From: Nanobdellota archaeon
Lineage (GTDB): Archaea; Nanobdellota; Nanobdellia; Pacearchaeales; GW2011-AR1
Reading direction: 5' to 3'
DNA: 32,000 nucleotides
Assembly (NCBI GenBank): GCA_038046005.1
Contig: JBBSXB010000005.1
Location: 14,207 to 46,206, forward strand
The notes under the pieces are model-generated. The model saw only the letters and a program-made list of their open reading frames with translations, did no database searches and was not told the origin of the DNA. This document shows positions 8,970 to 16,772 of this stretch, piece after piece (within the stretch, counting starts at the first letter, position 1; each line of letters begins with the position of its first letter). A program made the translations under genes and the position numbers.

Positions 8970-9878
8970 TTAGTTATTTGAAACTGCTTTATTTGAATTT
9001 ATTCCATTAATCTCATCTCTGAGCCATGCAGCATGTTCATAATCTTCTTTTTCTATCGCTTTATCAAGTTCTCTTTTTAGTTTATCATCTCTGGAAAGCG
9101 CTTGAGGTTTTTCTTGTTCTGGTTTTTTCTCAACATAGGATGTTTTAGAAAGGTCTACGGATTTTGGTACAATATTTTGTGGAGAGGATATTGTTGGTTT
9201 GTTCATACCAAACGTATTCTTTTTTACTCCAAGTACTGCATATGATCCGCTAACCCGAGCACCATGAATTTTACACTCTCGATAGAAATCTTCGAACCAA
9301 ATTTGTTCTGCACAAGGACCGAGAAGTTCAAGTCTTTCGCCATGCAAATCCATTTCTTGGGGATTTATTGGCATGTTTTTTATTCCAACATCGTCTAAAA
9401 GCAACCCAAAATTTTCAGCATATTTTCCAAAAATAAAGTTGGTTATTCCATTTTCTTTGAAACTTCTTGTTGGTATGAAAATTTTTTTATTTGGAATTTG
9501 CACTGCGTTTTGTCTTGCGGATTCTACTTCGTCAATACTTAAAGCGTAAGATTCATCTTGAGCTTCTGCCTCTATTGCTTTTCCTAAATTATCCAATATT
9601 GGCGAATTTTTTGTTATATAAAATCCATCATAAGGAACATACAAAAATGCTTCTTTCGCCCAATGTCCATGCTTGGGCAATTTGCTTGTTTTTCCTCTTT
9701 CGATCATGAACAAAGCGCTTTCTTCAAGAGAAGGAATTCTGTAGCCTAGTTTTTCTAAATAAGATTTTCCTTCGCCCAGCTGTGCATCTATGCAAAGTCC
9801 ATCAAGTGTCCTTTTTCCTGAAGGGTTAAAATTTCTTGATCCGGGATAATTTGGGGTTGTCTGATATAGTATTTTCAT
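8970..9878 (-). CDS. hypothetical protein with a C-terminal UVR motif; the N-terminal region may have a lectin-like (DUF1566/FGE-like) fold
   Basis: The C-terminal ..KLKRELDKAIEKEDYEHAAWLRDEI.. matches the UvrB/UvrC-type UVR helical hairpin. LGYRIPSLEES and the later ..YAVLGVKK weakly recall the WRLPT..E / VRCVR motifs of DUF1566-type domains. I chose the start at the internal ATG 9878; the longer track ORF (to 9977) overlaps the upstream ORF. Confidence 0.5.
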   Translation of the reverse strand: MKILYQTTPNYPGSRNFNPSGKRTLDGLCIDAQLGEGKSYLEKLGYRIPSLEESALFMIERGKTSKLPKHGHWAKEAFLYVPYDGFYITKNSPILDNLGKAIEAEAQDESYALSIDEVESARQNAVQIPNKKIFIPTRSFKENGITNFIFGKYAENFGLLLDDVGIKNMPINPQEMDLHGERLELLGPCAEQIWFEDFYRECKIHGARVSGSYAVLGVKKNTFGMNKPTISSPQNIVPKSVDLSKTSYVEKKPEQEKPQALSRDDKLKRELDKAIEKEDYEHAAWLRDEINGINSNKAVSNN

Positions 9879-9912
9879 TTTTCTGAATGTTATCTTGTTA
9901 TCTCGTTCATCC

Positions 9913-10098
9913 TTATTCTCTCCTTGGAGTCCTGTACCTTTGCATTGCTTCAAAAGAATCCTCGTCATTACCTTCATCTAAACTTGCCAAATATAACCTG
10001 CTAGTTTGAGATTCATCGAGATCAGTTTTTCCTGGTCTTAATGAAGTTCCTTCTAAAATACAAATTTCATATGCTTCACAAAAAGTATTGTTTGTCAT
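9913..10098 (-). CDS. small acidic hypothetical protein (or the 5' fragment of a frameshifted gene)
   Basis: 61-codon ORF with a TATA-like box (ttttataaaac, about 10120-10135) roughly 25 nt upstream of its ATG. It overlaps the extended frame of the next ORF by 65 nt. Confidence 0.35.
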   Translation of the reverse strand: MTNNTFCEAYEICILEGTSLRPGKTDLDESQTSRLYLASLDEGNDEDSFEAMQRYRTPRRE

Positions 10099-10169
10099 TT
10101 TTTCTTGAGAAATCCAGGTTTTATAAAACTTTCTATTTGTTACTACTTTTAAGAAACAGGAAAATTAAG

Positions 10170-11432
10170 CTAGGCTGCACGTTTCATTTCTTTTAATTCC
10201 TCTACAACTTTTTGTATTCTTTCTGTCCCCTCTTTTATGAGTTCTGCAGGAATCATAGAGTATGAGATTCTAGCCCAGCCTTCATATTTTTTCCCAAATC
10301 CAGAACCTGGTGCTACCAAAACCCCTTCTTTGACCAGGCTTTCTAAAAGAATTTTCTCTTTGTTTGGAACATCTGGCAGGTAGGGGTTGAAATCTACAAA
10401 AAAGTAAAATGCTCCTTTTGGTTTTTCCAAATTTGGAAAGATTGGCTTAAGTCCATCATAAGCTGCATTTCTTCTTTCGTCTAATGTCGACTTCAATGTT
10501 TCAATCCAGGCTTTTCTTTCAGCTTTCTTGTTTAATGCCTGTGAAAATGCATACTGATTTGCAGTCACAACTCCTGCGGTTTGAGTGTAATCCCCCAAAG
10601 TCATTAATTCGATTATTTTTTTATTTCTTGAAACAGTGAATCCTACTCTAAATCCAGTTGCTGCAAAAGATTTTGAAAAAGTAAAGACAGAGGCGGAATT
10701 AGGATTGCTTGTTTTCAATGTTGAATAATGGTGTTCTCCATCAAAAACAACATCATTGTATGCTTCATCAGAAACAAGAAGAACATTGTTTTTTCTGCAT
10801 AGATAGTCTATTTCTTCCACTTCTGGTCTTGTGAACACTTTTCCAGTAGGATTATGTGGGTTATTAAAATAAAACATGTCACTTTTTTTCAACACTTTTT
10901 CTAATTCTCCAGGGTCGTAATTTCCTTCTCTTAGAGGAACCATCTTGAAGTCAACTCCTGAATATGGGACCATGTTGTCAAGGACGCAACTCCAACAAGG
11001 ACCAAATCCTGCTGCTCTTTTATTTCTGAACATATTGAAGAATCTTGATAAAAGATGAGGAGTTTTTTTGCCAAATAAACCGAACAATAATTCTAAACCC
11101 TGCTGTCCGCCATATGTGGCTGCTATGTTTTCAAATGTTAATCCATGGATTTCCTGCTCTCTTGAATATTCTAAAACTGCATCTTTGAAAAATGCCTCTC
11201 CACCAGATTTAGGATAATTAGTATAACCTAGCTTTGTTGTTCCTTCGTGTAAAGCATCTAGAACATATGATGGAGTTTTAAGATCTAAATCCCCTCTTTG
11301 AAAATAAACGAATTTTTTTCCTGTCCTTGATACAAATGCCTTTGCTGCTCCTCTGTACTCTTCGCTAGTTTTTACAATTGTGGAGAGTTCTATATTCTCA
11401 AAATTTCTGTCAAAGTTTAGAATGTGCACCAT
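10170..11432 (-). CDS. pyridoxal-phosphate-dependent aminotransferase, class I/II (aspartate/aromatic type)
   Basis: ..NPHNPTG.., ..DEAY.., and the PLP-lysine motif FSKSFAATGFRVGF. Ends in TAG. Confidence 0.85.
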   Translation of the reverse strand: MVHILNFDRNFENIELSTIVKTSEEYRGAAKAFVSRTGKKFVYFQRGDLDLKTPSYVLDALHEGTTKLGYTNYPKSGGEAFFKDAVLEYSREQEIHGLTFENIAATYGGQQGLELLFGLFGKKTPHLLSRFFNMFRNKRAAGFGPCWSCVLDNMVPYSGVDFKMVPLREGNYDPGELEKVLKKSDMFYFNNPHNPTGKVFTRPEVEEIDYLCRKNNVLLVSDEAYNDVVFDGEHHYSTLKTSNPNSASVFTFSKSFAATGFRVGFTVSRNKKIIELMTLGDYTQTAGVVTANQYAFSQALNKKAERKAWIETLKSTLDERRNAAYDGLKPIFPNLEKPKGAFYFFVDFNPYLPDVPNKEKILLESLVKEGVLVAPGSGFGKKYEGWARISYSMIPAELIKEGTERIQKVVEELKEMKRAA

Positions 11433-11511
11433 GTTTTTTATTTTACCCTAAAAGTTTTGTTAATCAGTATTTTTAAACTTTGTCGGGATATAGTGTATAG
11501 TCAAGAATAAA

Positions 11512-11964
11512 TTAAGCAGCCACTTCAACTTTCTTTTTTTCTTTTGGTTGGTTTTGATCTGGGAATATTTCTTTTAGCGTTGTGTTGCCGTGCTTTGCGA
11601 TTTTTAGATTTATCTGAACAATATCTGTAGAAATAATTTTTCCTCTTTGTGTTTTTCTAAGTCTTAATCCTTTAGGCCTGTTTTTTGTCCATGCTCTTTT
11701 TCCTTCGTGTTTTGGCCTTTTATTCATTCCTTTTCCAAAAGTTAAAAGAACTCTTTTTAATCCAACACCTTCAACAGTTTCAAAGGCTGGAAATCCTGCT
11801 TTGTCGCTTGCTCCTGTTATCTGAAACTCATAACCATCTAAAGTCGGAAGCAATTCTTTTCCCTCTATTTGTTGACCGATTTCTTTTCCAATAAGCTCCT
11901 CGCTTTCTAGCTCAAACTTGTATGTTTTTCCGTCTTTATCTGCAATGTTTATTTTGAATGGCAT
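11512..11964 (-). CDS. rps6e: 30S ribosomal protein S6e
   Basis: MPFKINIADKDGKTYKFELE..GYEFQITGASDKAGFP..GLRLRKTQRG is the eS6 signature. I chose the start at the internal ATG 11964, because the 30-codon track extension is not eS6-like. Confidence 0.9.
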   Translation of the reverse strand: MPFKINIADKDGKTYKFELESEELIGKEIGQQIEGKELLPTLDGYEFQITGASDKAGFPAFETVEGVGLKRVLLTFGKGMNKRPKHEGKRAWTKNRPKGLRLRKTQRGKIISTDIVQINLKIAKHGNTTLKEIFPDQNQPKEKKKVEVAA

Positions 11965-12001
11965 GATTATAGAATAAAAAATGAGCTTAAAAAGGTTTTG
12001 A

Positions 12002-12718
12002 TTATGATTTTGCAGTTTTCCATAAATACTCAAAATAGCTTTTATAGGATTCATAGACTGATTTATGCTCTATGATTATTCCTATTGGGCTTTCAACCCA
12101 CATAACTAATGCAACTTTTCCATCAAAAATGTAAGTAGAAACTTTGGAATTAAACTCTGATGGAATGAACTTTATTGTTGTTAGAGGTATTTTTACGGGC
12201 TTTATTTTCTCGTTTGCTACTATTCTCATTTTAATTTTCTTCTTTACTCTTTCTTTGTCCCACTTGGAGTAATCGTAAGGCAAAAAATCTTTTATTTTAT
12301 ATTCTGCTCCAAAATCAAGTATCTCTGTTTTTGAATTTAACATTTCACCAAATATTGTTTTAATTCCGGCTAAATTTTTGAAACTGTGGACTTCCTGCTT
12401 TTCTTTTGCGGATTTGAACATTTCTACTAGTTCGGGAATTATGTTCTTTGTTTCTTTAATCTGATTTTCTTTTGCTTCAATTAAATCACTTATTTTTTCA
12501 GGATTAGCTGCTTCAAACAACAATTTGCTTGATTTTGTTATCTGACTAACAAGTCCCTTTTCATGCAAACCCCTCAACGCGTCATAAACAGAAACCCTAT
12601 GAATCCCTGATTTTCTAGAGATTTCATTTGCTGATGCAGAACCAATTTTTAGAAGAGTTAAGTAGCATTTTGATTCATTTGGGCTTAAGCCAATTTTTTC
12701 TAGGATTTCTATATTCAT
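12002..12718 (-). CDS. TrmB-family transcriptional regulator
   Basis: N-terminal winged HTH LEKIGLSPNESKCYLTLLKIGSASANEISRKSGIHRVSVYDALRGLHEKGLV plus a TrmB-type C-terminal domain. I chose the start at ATG 12718 (MNIEILEK..). Confidence 0.75.
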   Translation of the reverse strand: MNIEILEKIGLSPNESKCYLTLLKIGSASANEISRKSGIHRVSVYDALRGLHEKGLVSQITKSSKLLFEAANPEKISDLIEAKENQIKETKNIIPELVEMFKSAKEKQEVHSFKNLAGIKTIFGEMLNSKTEILDFGAEYKIKDFLPYDYSKWDKERVKKKIKMRIVANEKIKPVKIPLTTIKFIPSEFNSKVSTYIFDGKVALVMWVESPIGIIIEHKSVYESYKSYFEYLWKTAKS

Positions 12719-12811
12719 ATTCCTTTTAGGATTTAGCAATTTATAATACTTTCTAGTGTTGTAATCCCCCTTACTACAATTGTTTATATAACCATACATC
12801 GACGCCATTTT

Positions 12812-13741
12812 ATGGTAGACACAATTAATAGGAGGCAAATTGAAAAAACAAAAAGTTTAGCTGAAGCCGTAAAACTTGTATATGGAATTAACTTAAAAGG
12901 AAGATTGTGTGTTTTGGATAATGAAGCTATGGTGGGAGAAGTTGCAGACTCTTATAATGAATTAGGATTAAATGCTAGGAGAGAAACTTATAGAAAACTT
13001 GCTCAAGATTTTAAATTTAGAACAGATTATTTTGAAGGAAAGGGAATTCATAAACATATACTTGATGTTGGTTGTGGTTCTGGATTACTTTCTTACGAAA
13101 TTGCTGAGCAAACTGATGCCTTTGTTGTTGGATTAGATGTATCTCAAGAAATGATTGAGTTGGCTAACAAGAATAAAGAAAAAATATCTGAGGAAAAAGT
13201 GAAAAAAATAATTAGCGACTACGAAGGAGAGTATAATTTATCCAAATCTCTTCCAGCTTCTTGTGACCCTATGCCTGAAATAGTTGATGTTGGATATAAT
13301 CCTTCTAGAAGAACAACATTTGTTCAAGGAAGTGTCTATGATTTAAGCGAACTTGTTGGAAAAAATCAACATATAGATTATATTGTTTGTAGAAATGTGT
13401 TACACAGATTCCAAAATTCTGAAGAGGCAATAAGACAAATGTTTTATGTATTGGGAAATCAGGGAAAACTTTACATCAGAGATTTAAGAAGAGATACTGA
13501 TTGGAAAACGGTTGTAGAGAGAATTGGTGACGAAAGGTGGAAACATCCAGAACTAGTAATAGATTATATTGGGGCTATGGCTGCAATGTTCACTTCAGAG
13601 GAATTGTCTAATATGTTAAATAAAATAGGGGTCAATAAGTTTGAAATTAGTGATGGAAGTTATAGAACTAGCGGACCAAATAACCTTAGATTTAAAGAAT
13701 TTGAAAAAGAAACTGAATATGTTTGTGTTATTGAAAAATAA
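12812..13741 (+). CDS. class I SAM-dependent methyltransferase
   Basis: Motif I ILDVGCGSGLLS, VGLDVS, and the later ..IVCRNVLHRF... Divergent from the TrmB-family gene. Confidence 0.75.
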   Translation: MVDTINRRQIEKTKSLAEAVKLVYGINLKGRLCVLDNEAMVGEVADSYNELGLNARRETYRKLAQDFKFRTDYFEGKGIHKHILDVGCGSGLLSYEIAEQTDAFVVGLDVSQEMIELANKNKEKISEEKVKKIISDYEGEYNLSKSLPASCDPMPEIVDVGYNPSRRTTFVQGSVYDLSELVGKNQHIDYIVCRNVLHRFQNSEEAIRQMFYVLGNQGKLYIRDLRRDTDWKTVVERIGDERWKHPELVIDYIGAMAAMFTSEELSNMLNKIGVNKFEISDGSYRTSGPNNLRFKEFEKETEYVCVIEK

Positions 13742-15481
13742 CTACCCGCCCCAATCTGCTCTTTGTTTTTTCTTTAACTCTTGTAACTCTTGGAGTAGTC
13801 TTATCTCGTTTGATGATAAAAGATCTTTGTTTTTCTTGAAAGTCTTGAATTGGGGTTCGTTTAGGTCTGAATAAAGAAAATCCTTATCTTTTAGCTCTCT
13901 TTCAAAGTTTGCTCCAGGAATTGATATTGCAACTTCCATACCTTCTGTTGCTTCTTGCACTGATTTGTTTTCAGACTGAATTGCTTTTACACGTCCGACT
14001 TTTTCATTTTCTTTGTTAATAAGAGGTAGATTTGAAATTAATTTTCCAACTTCAATTTTTACTCCAAAAATTGCTGGTTTTGTATTCCTAAAAACAAATT
14101 GTGGTAAAATTCTTAGTTTGCACAATGTTGCTAATGCCATTAGTCTTCTTTTTTCAATCTCATTTGCTTTTTCCTGCCTAAACTCCACTGTTTTTTCTAT
14201 TAATTTATATATTACTTTTTCAGTCAGGACTTTTATTTTCCCTTGGATTTCTTTTGCTTCGCTGCCAATCTCAACATTAAATCCTACAATCAACGAGTCT
14301 AACTCGTTTATCTCTAGATTTGCCTTTGCAGAAACTATATCTGTTTTGTTTATCTCTCCAATTCCCGCTTTTAATACTGGAATATTATTCTGGCTTAGTA
14401 AAGTCAAGAGTGCTTCCAAACTTCCAAGCGAATCAGCTTTGGCAATTATTCCCTCTTTACTTGTTTTTATATTTTCAGAAATTTCTTTTTTGAATATTTT
14501 TTTTACCTCTTCTTCATTTCCCTTAAAAATCATGAACGGCATTCCCGGAAGAGCGTCAAATTTTTCTGTCAGCTGCATTCTAAATCCTGTTGATGCGGTT
14601 ATTTTTTCTTTTGGTTTGAATCTGGCACTTAATGGCTCTATTTCTTCCAAGACTCTTATTTTTGTTATTGTTGGATTGCCTTCTATATTTGCGACTGCTA
14701 TCTCATCATTTTTTGAAAGTTCACCGTCGTAAAGAATTGCTTCAGCGTAGCTTCCTGATTTTTCTTTTTTTACCTCAAGTATAACCCCTCTTGCTTCTTT
14801 CCCAAGTTTTAGTTTTTCAGAAAGATATTTTTGGCTTAGGCCGCAGAGCATCATTATCAATTCCTGAATCCCTTCTTTTGTCCTTGCTGAACAAGGGATT
14901 ATCGCTACTTTTTTTGTGAAGTCTGTTATCTTGTCATAAAGGTCTGCTTCCAACCCATAGCTGCTTAATGCACCTACTAAAGTGTAAAATTTTTCATCGA
15001 AGTTTAGTTTTGTTGACTGTGGTTGAAGTTCTAAATTTTTTTCAAAGTCTTTGTTGTTTATTTTCCAGCCTTGAATTTTGTCAATTTTGTTTAAAGCGAT
15101 TAAGAAAGGAACTTTGTTGTGCTTTAGGATTTGAATTACTTCTGAAGTCTGAGGTTTGATTCCTTCGTTTATATCTATGACAAGAATTGCTATATCTGCC
15201 AACGCTCCGCCTCTTTTTCTTAGGTTTGTGAAGGCAGCGTGGCCGGGTGTGTCGATAAATAAAAATCCTGGAATCTGCAATTTTATGCCTCTTTCTTCTA
15301 TAAGCGGACAGGATTTTTTAAGCTGGCTGGAAGGATATAATGTGAAAGAAATTTTTTGTGTTATTCCTCCCGCCTCTAAATCTTGAACAGAGCTTTCTCT
15401 AAGACAATCCAAAATGCTTGTTTTTCCGTGGTCTACATGGCCGACTACTGTGATAATTGGCTGCCGTATTTTTGCTTCCAT
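13742..15481 (-). CDS. infB: translation initiation factor aIF5B (IF-2 homolog)
   Basis: GHVDHGKTS, DTPGH, NKID and the four-domain length typical of aIF5B. No intein. A TATA-like box lies about 25 nt upstream (about 15505-15516). Confidence 0.93.
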   Translation of the reverse strand: MEAKIRQPIITVVGHVDHGKTSILDCLRESSVQDLEAGGITQKISFTLYPSSQLKKSCPLIEERGIKLQIPGFLFIDTPGHAAFTNLRKRGGALADIAILVIDINEGIKPQTSEVIQILKHNKVPFLIALNKIDKIQGWKINNKDFEKNLELQPQSTKLNFDEKFYTLVGALSSYGLEADLYDKITDFTKKVAIIPCSARTKEGIQELIMMLCGLSQKYLSEKLKLGKEARGVILEVKKEKSGSYAEAILYDGELSKNDEIAVANIEGNPTITKIRVLEEIEPLSARFKPKEKITASTGFRMQLTEKFDALPGMPFMIFKGNEEEVKKIFKKEISENIKTSKEGIIAKADSLGSLEALLTLLSQNNIPVLKAGIGEINKTDIVSAKANLEINELDSLIVGFNVEIGSEAKEIQGKIKVLTEKVIYKLIEKTVEFRQEKANEIEKRRLMALATLCKLRILPQFVFRNTKPAIFGVKIEVGKLISNLPLINKENEKVGRVKAIQSENKSVQEATEGMEVAISIPGANFERELKDKDFLYSDLNEPQFKTFKKNKDLLSSNEIRLLQELQELKKKQRADWGG

Positions 15482-15543
15482 GTCTATTCTAGAAATGGTT
15501 GATTTTTAAAACTTGGGAAACGATTAGGGTTTATTGCAATAAT

Positions 15544-15554
15544 CTTTAAATATA
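15544..15554 (+). promoter_or_regulatory. orphan TATA-like box (ctttaaatata) facing a non-coding, G+C-enriched interval
   Basis: It matches the TATA-like boxes seen upstream of genes in this window, but the nearest credible plus-strand start codon is about 175 nt away (15730) and that gene has its own tatttatt box. Confidence 0.4.
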
Positions 15555-15729
15555 GAGATTTCATGATAATATCCTGCATCAGTGTAGGAGAAATCCGAAC
15601 AACGAGGCGTAGGGTTTTAACATTAACTAGAGTCTTCGAACGCCTACAATCTTACGAAGAGACTGACATCGGAGCATTTTGTGTTTTTCAAAACCACAAA
15701 CTATTTATTCTTGTAGTCCTTGTTATACT

Positions 15730-15951
15730 ATGGGGCAAGACATACAAAGCAAGATTGATGAAGAAACTCTTCGTGAGCTGAAAGAGAAATTAGTTCTCTT
15801 TGGGGGTGTTGGGGATCATATTATTTTTTCTTATTTTAGCCAGAAAGATGCTATTCAAACTGTTCAAGAACTTAATGCTGAAGTAGGTTACATCAGGACC
15901 ATTTACGTCAAAATCCAAAATTTTATTGAGGAGAAAAAGAGGGCTTGTTAA
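15730..15951 (+). CDS. small hypothetical protein
   Basis: 73 codons from ATG 15730 (MGQDIQSK..). A tatttatt box lies about 20 nt upstream. No motif recognised. Confidence 0.4.
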   Translation: MGQDIQSKIDEETLRELKEKLVLFGGVGDHIIFSYFSQKDAIQTVQELNAEVGYIRTIYVKIQNFIEEKKRAC

Positions 15952-15952
15952 T

Positions 15953-16288
15953 TCAACACCTAGTTATATTTCTTAAAATTTCAATGCTTTGAACTCCTTC
16001 ATATTTTTGTCCGTTTACCAACCAAGTAGGTGTTCCTTGGATATCAGCACATTTATCCCTTTCATAGAAACAATCGATTTTGTTTAGATAGACAGAGTTA
16101 TTTCCAAACATATCCTCTTGTACTTTACAGTGAGAGCATCCAAGCTGGACGTACAAAATAGAATTCTCTCCTATACACTTTGCAACCTCTTCTGTTGTTA
16201 CGGGAGTTGAAGGTCTTGTCATTATGAATATTCCAAATCCGACAACCACAAGAATTCCTGCGAGAGCTATCCAGTGTATTTCTTTCAT
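15953..16288 (-). CDS. membrane-anchored thioredoxin-like thiol:disulfide oxidoreductase
   Basis: N-terminal TM helix WIALAGILVVVGFGIFIM, CxxC (GCSHCK) and a cis-Pro loop (GTPTW), in a layout like VKOR-associated Trx domains. I chose the start at ATG 16288. Confidence 0.62.
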   Translation of the reverse strand: MKEIHWIALAGILVVVGFGIFIMTRPSTPVTTEEVAKCIGENSILYVQLGCSHCKVQEDMFGNNSVYLNKIDCFYERDKCADIQGTPTWLVNGQKYEGVQSIEILRNITRC

Positions 16289-16323
16289 AATATTATAAAC
16301 TAAGAGATTTTTTAAAAGTTTTC

Positions 16324-16725
16324 TTATTGAACAATCACTGTGGCTTTCATTGAAGTATGGAAAGCGCAATGATATTTGTATGTTCCGGCTGTGTTGAACG
16401 TGTGGGAATACACTCCACCATTGCTTATAGTTCCAGAGTTAAGTTCGCTTCCAGAGTCAGATGTTACTGTGTGCGGTGCAGAATCCACATTTGTCTAATT
16501 TATGCTGTCACCTTTTTTTATTGTGATTGTTAATGGGGAGAAAGCAAAATTTTGTATTTTTAAATGTAAAGTGGATGGGCCCTGAAATATTTTATTTATT
16601 TCGTTTTGTGTGGCACTTGTTACTGGGTTAATTTTTTCTCCTTTCTTGAAAGTTGAATTAAAAACTAAAAAAGAGACAACTATCAGCACTAGCATTATTC
16701 CAGAAATTATGAGTCCTTTTTTCAT
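16324..16725 (-). pseudogene. membrane-anchored cupredoxin (amicyanin/plastocyanin-like) interrupted by an in-frame TAG
   Basis: The ORF 16495-16725 (..ITIKKGDSIN) stops at TAG (16495-16497). The same frame then continues TNVDSAPHTVTSDSGSELNSGTISNGGVYSHTFNTAGTYKYHCAFHTSMKATVIVQ to TAA at 16324-16326. The type-1 copper ligands His, Cys-x2-His-x2-Met are all present downstream of the stop. Confidence 0.72.
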
Positions 16726-16772
16726 AAGTTGTTGAGGAGTATAGAATTTTTAAACTTTCAGAATTATAATAA

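Noticed and set aside
11965-12054. N-terminal extensions in the ORF track: rps6e to 12054, the TrmB-family gene to 12838, the Trx-like gene to 16369, the Ca-type ATPase to 25857, eif2g to 5631 (TTG), serS from 27992 (TTG), and 30095 (GTG).
   Set aside because: The extensions lack family-like sequence, overlap neighbouring genes or promoter boxes, and internal ATGs align with the canonical N-termini of the families.
15628-15650. A tRNA-like T-loop sequence (ttcgaac).
   Set aside because: The flanking bases do not form a T stem on either strand, and no acceptor or anticodon arms can be drawn.
15564-15667. A possible C/D-box sRNA (atgataa near 15564 and ctga near 15664).
   Set aside because: The boxes are about 100 nt apart, no C'/D' boxes occur at the 12-nt guide spacing, and the C box is imperfect.
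15563-15781. A 72-codon ORF (MIISCISVGEIRTTRRR..) in the infB-downstream intergenic region.
   Set aside because: Its ATG lies only about 9 nt after the TATA-like box, upstream of the predicted transcription start. It overlaps the 15730 ORF, and the sequence looks non-protein-like. The region is treated instead as a candidate RNA or leader.
16495-16497. Genome-wide reassignment of TAG (for example to pyrrolysine) as the explanation for the in-frame TAG in the cupredoxin.
   Set aside because: TAG ends at least three well-formed genes at their expected C-termini (stops at 2279-2281, 10170-10172 on the minus strand, and 29291-29293). Global recoding is therefore not supported; a point mutation, variant or local read-through is more likely.
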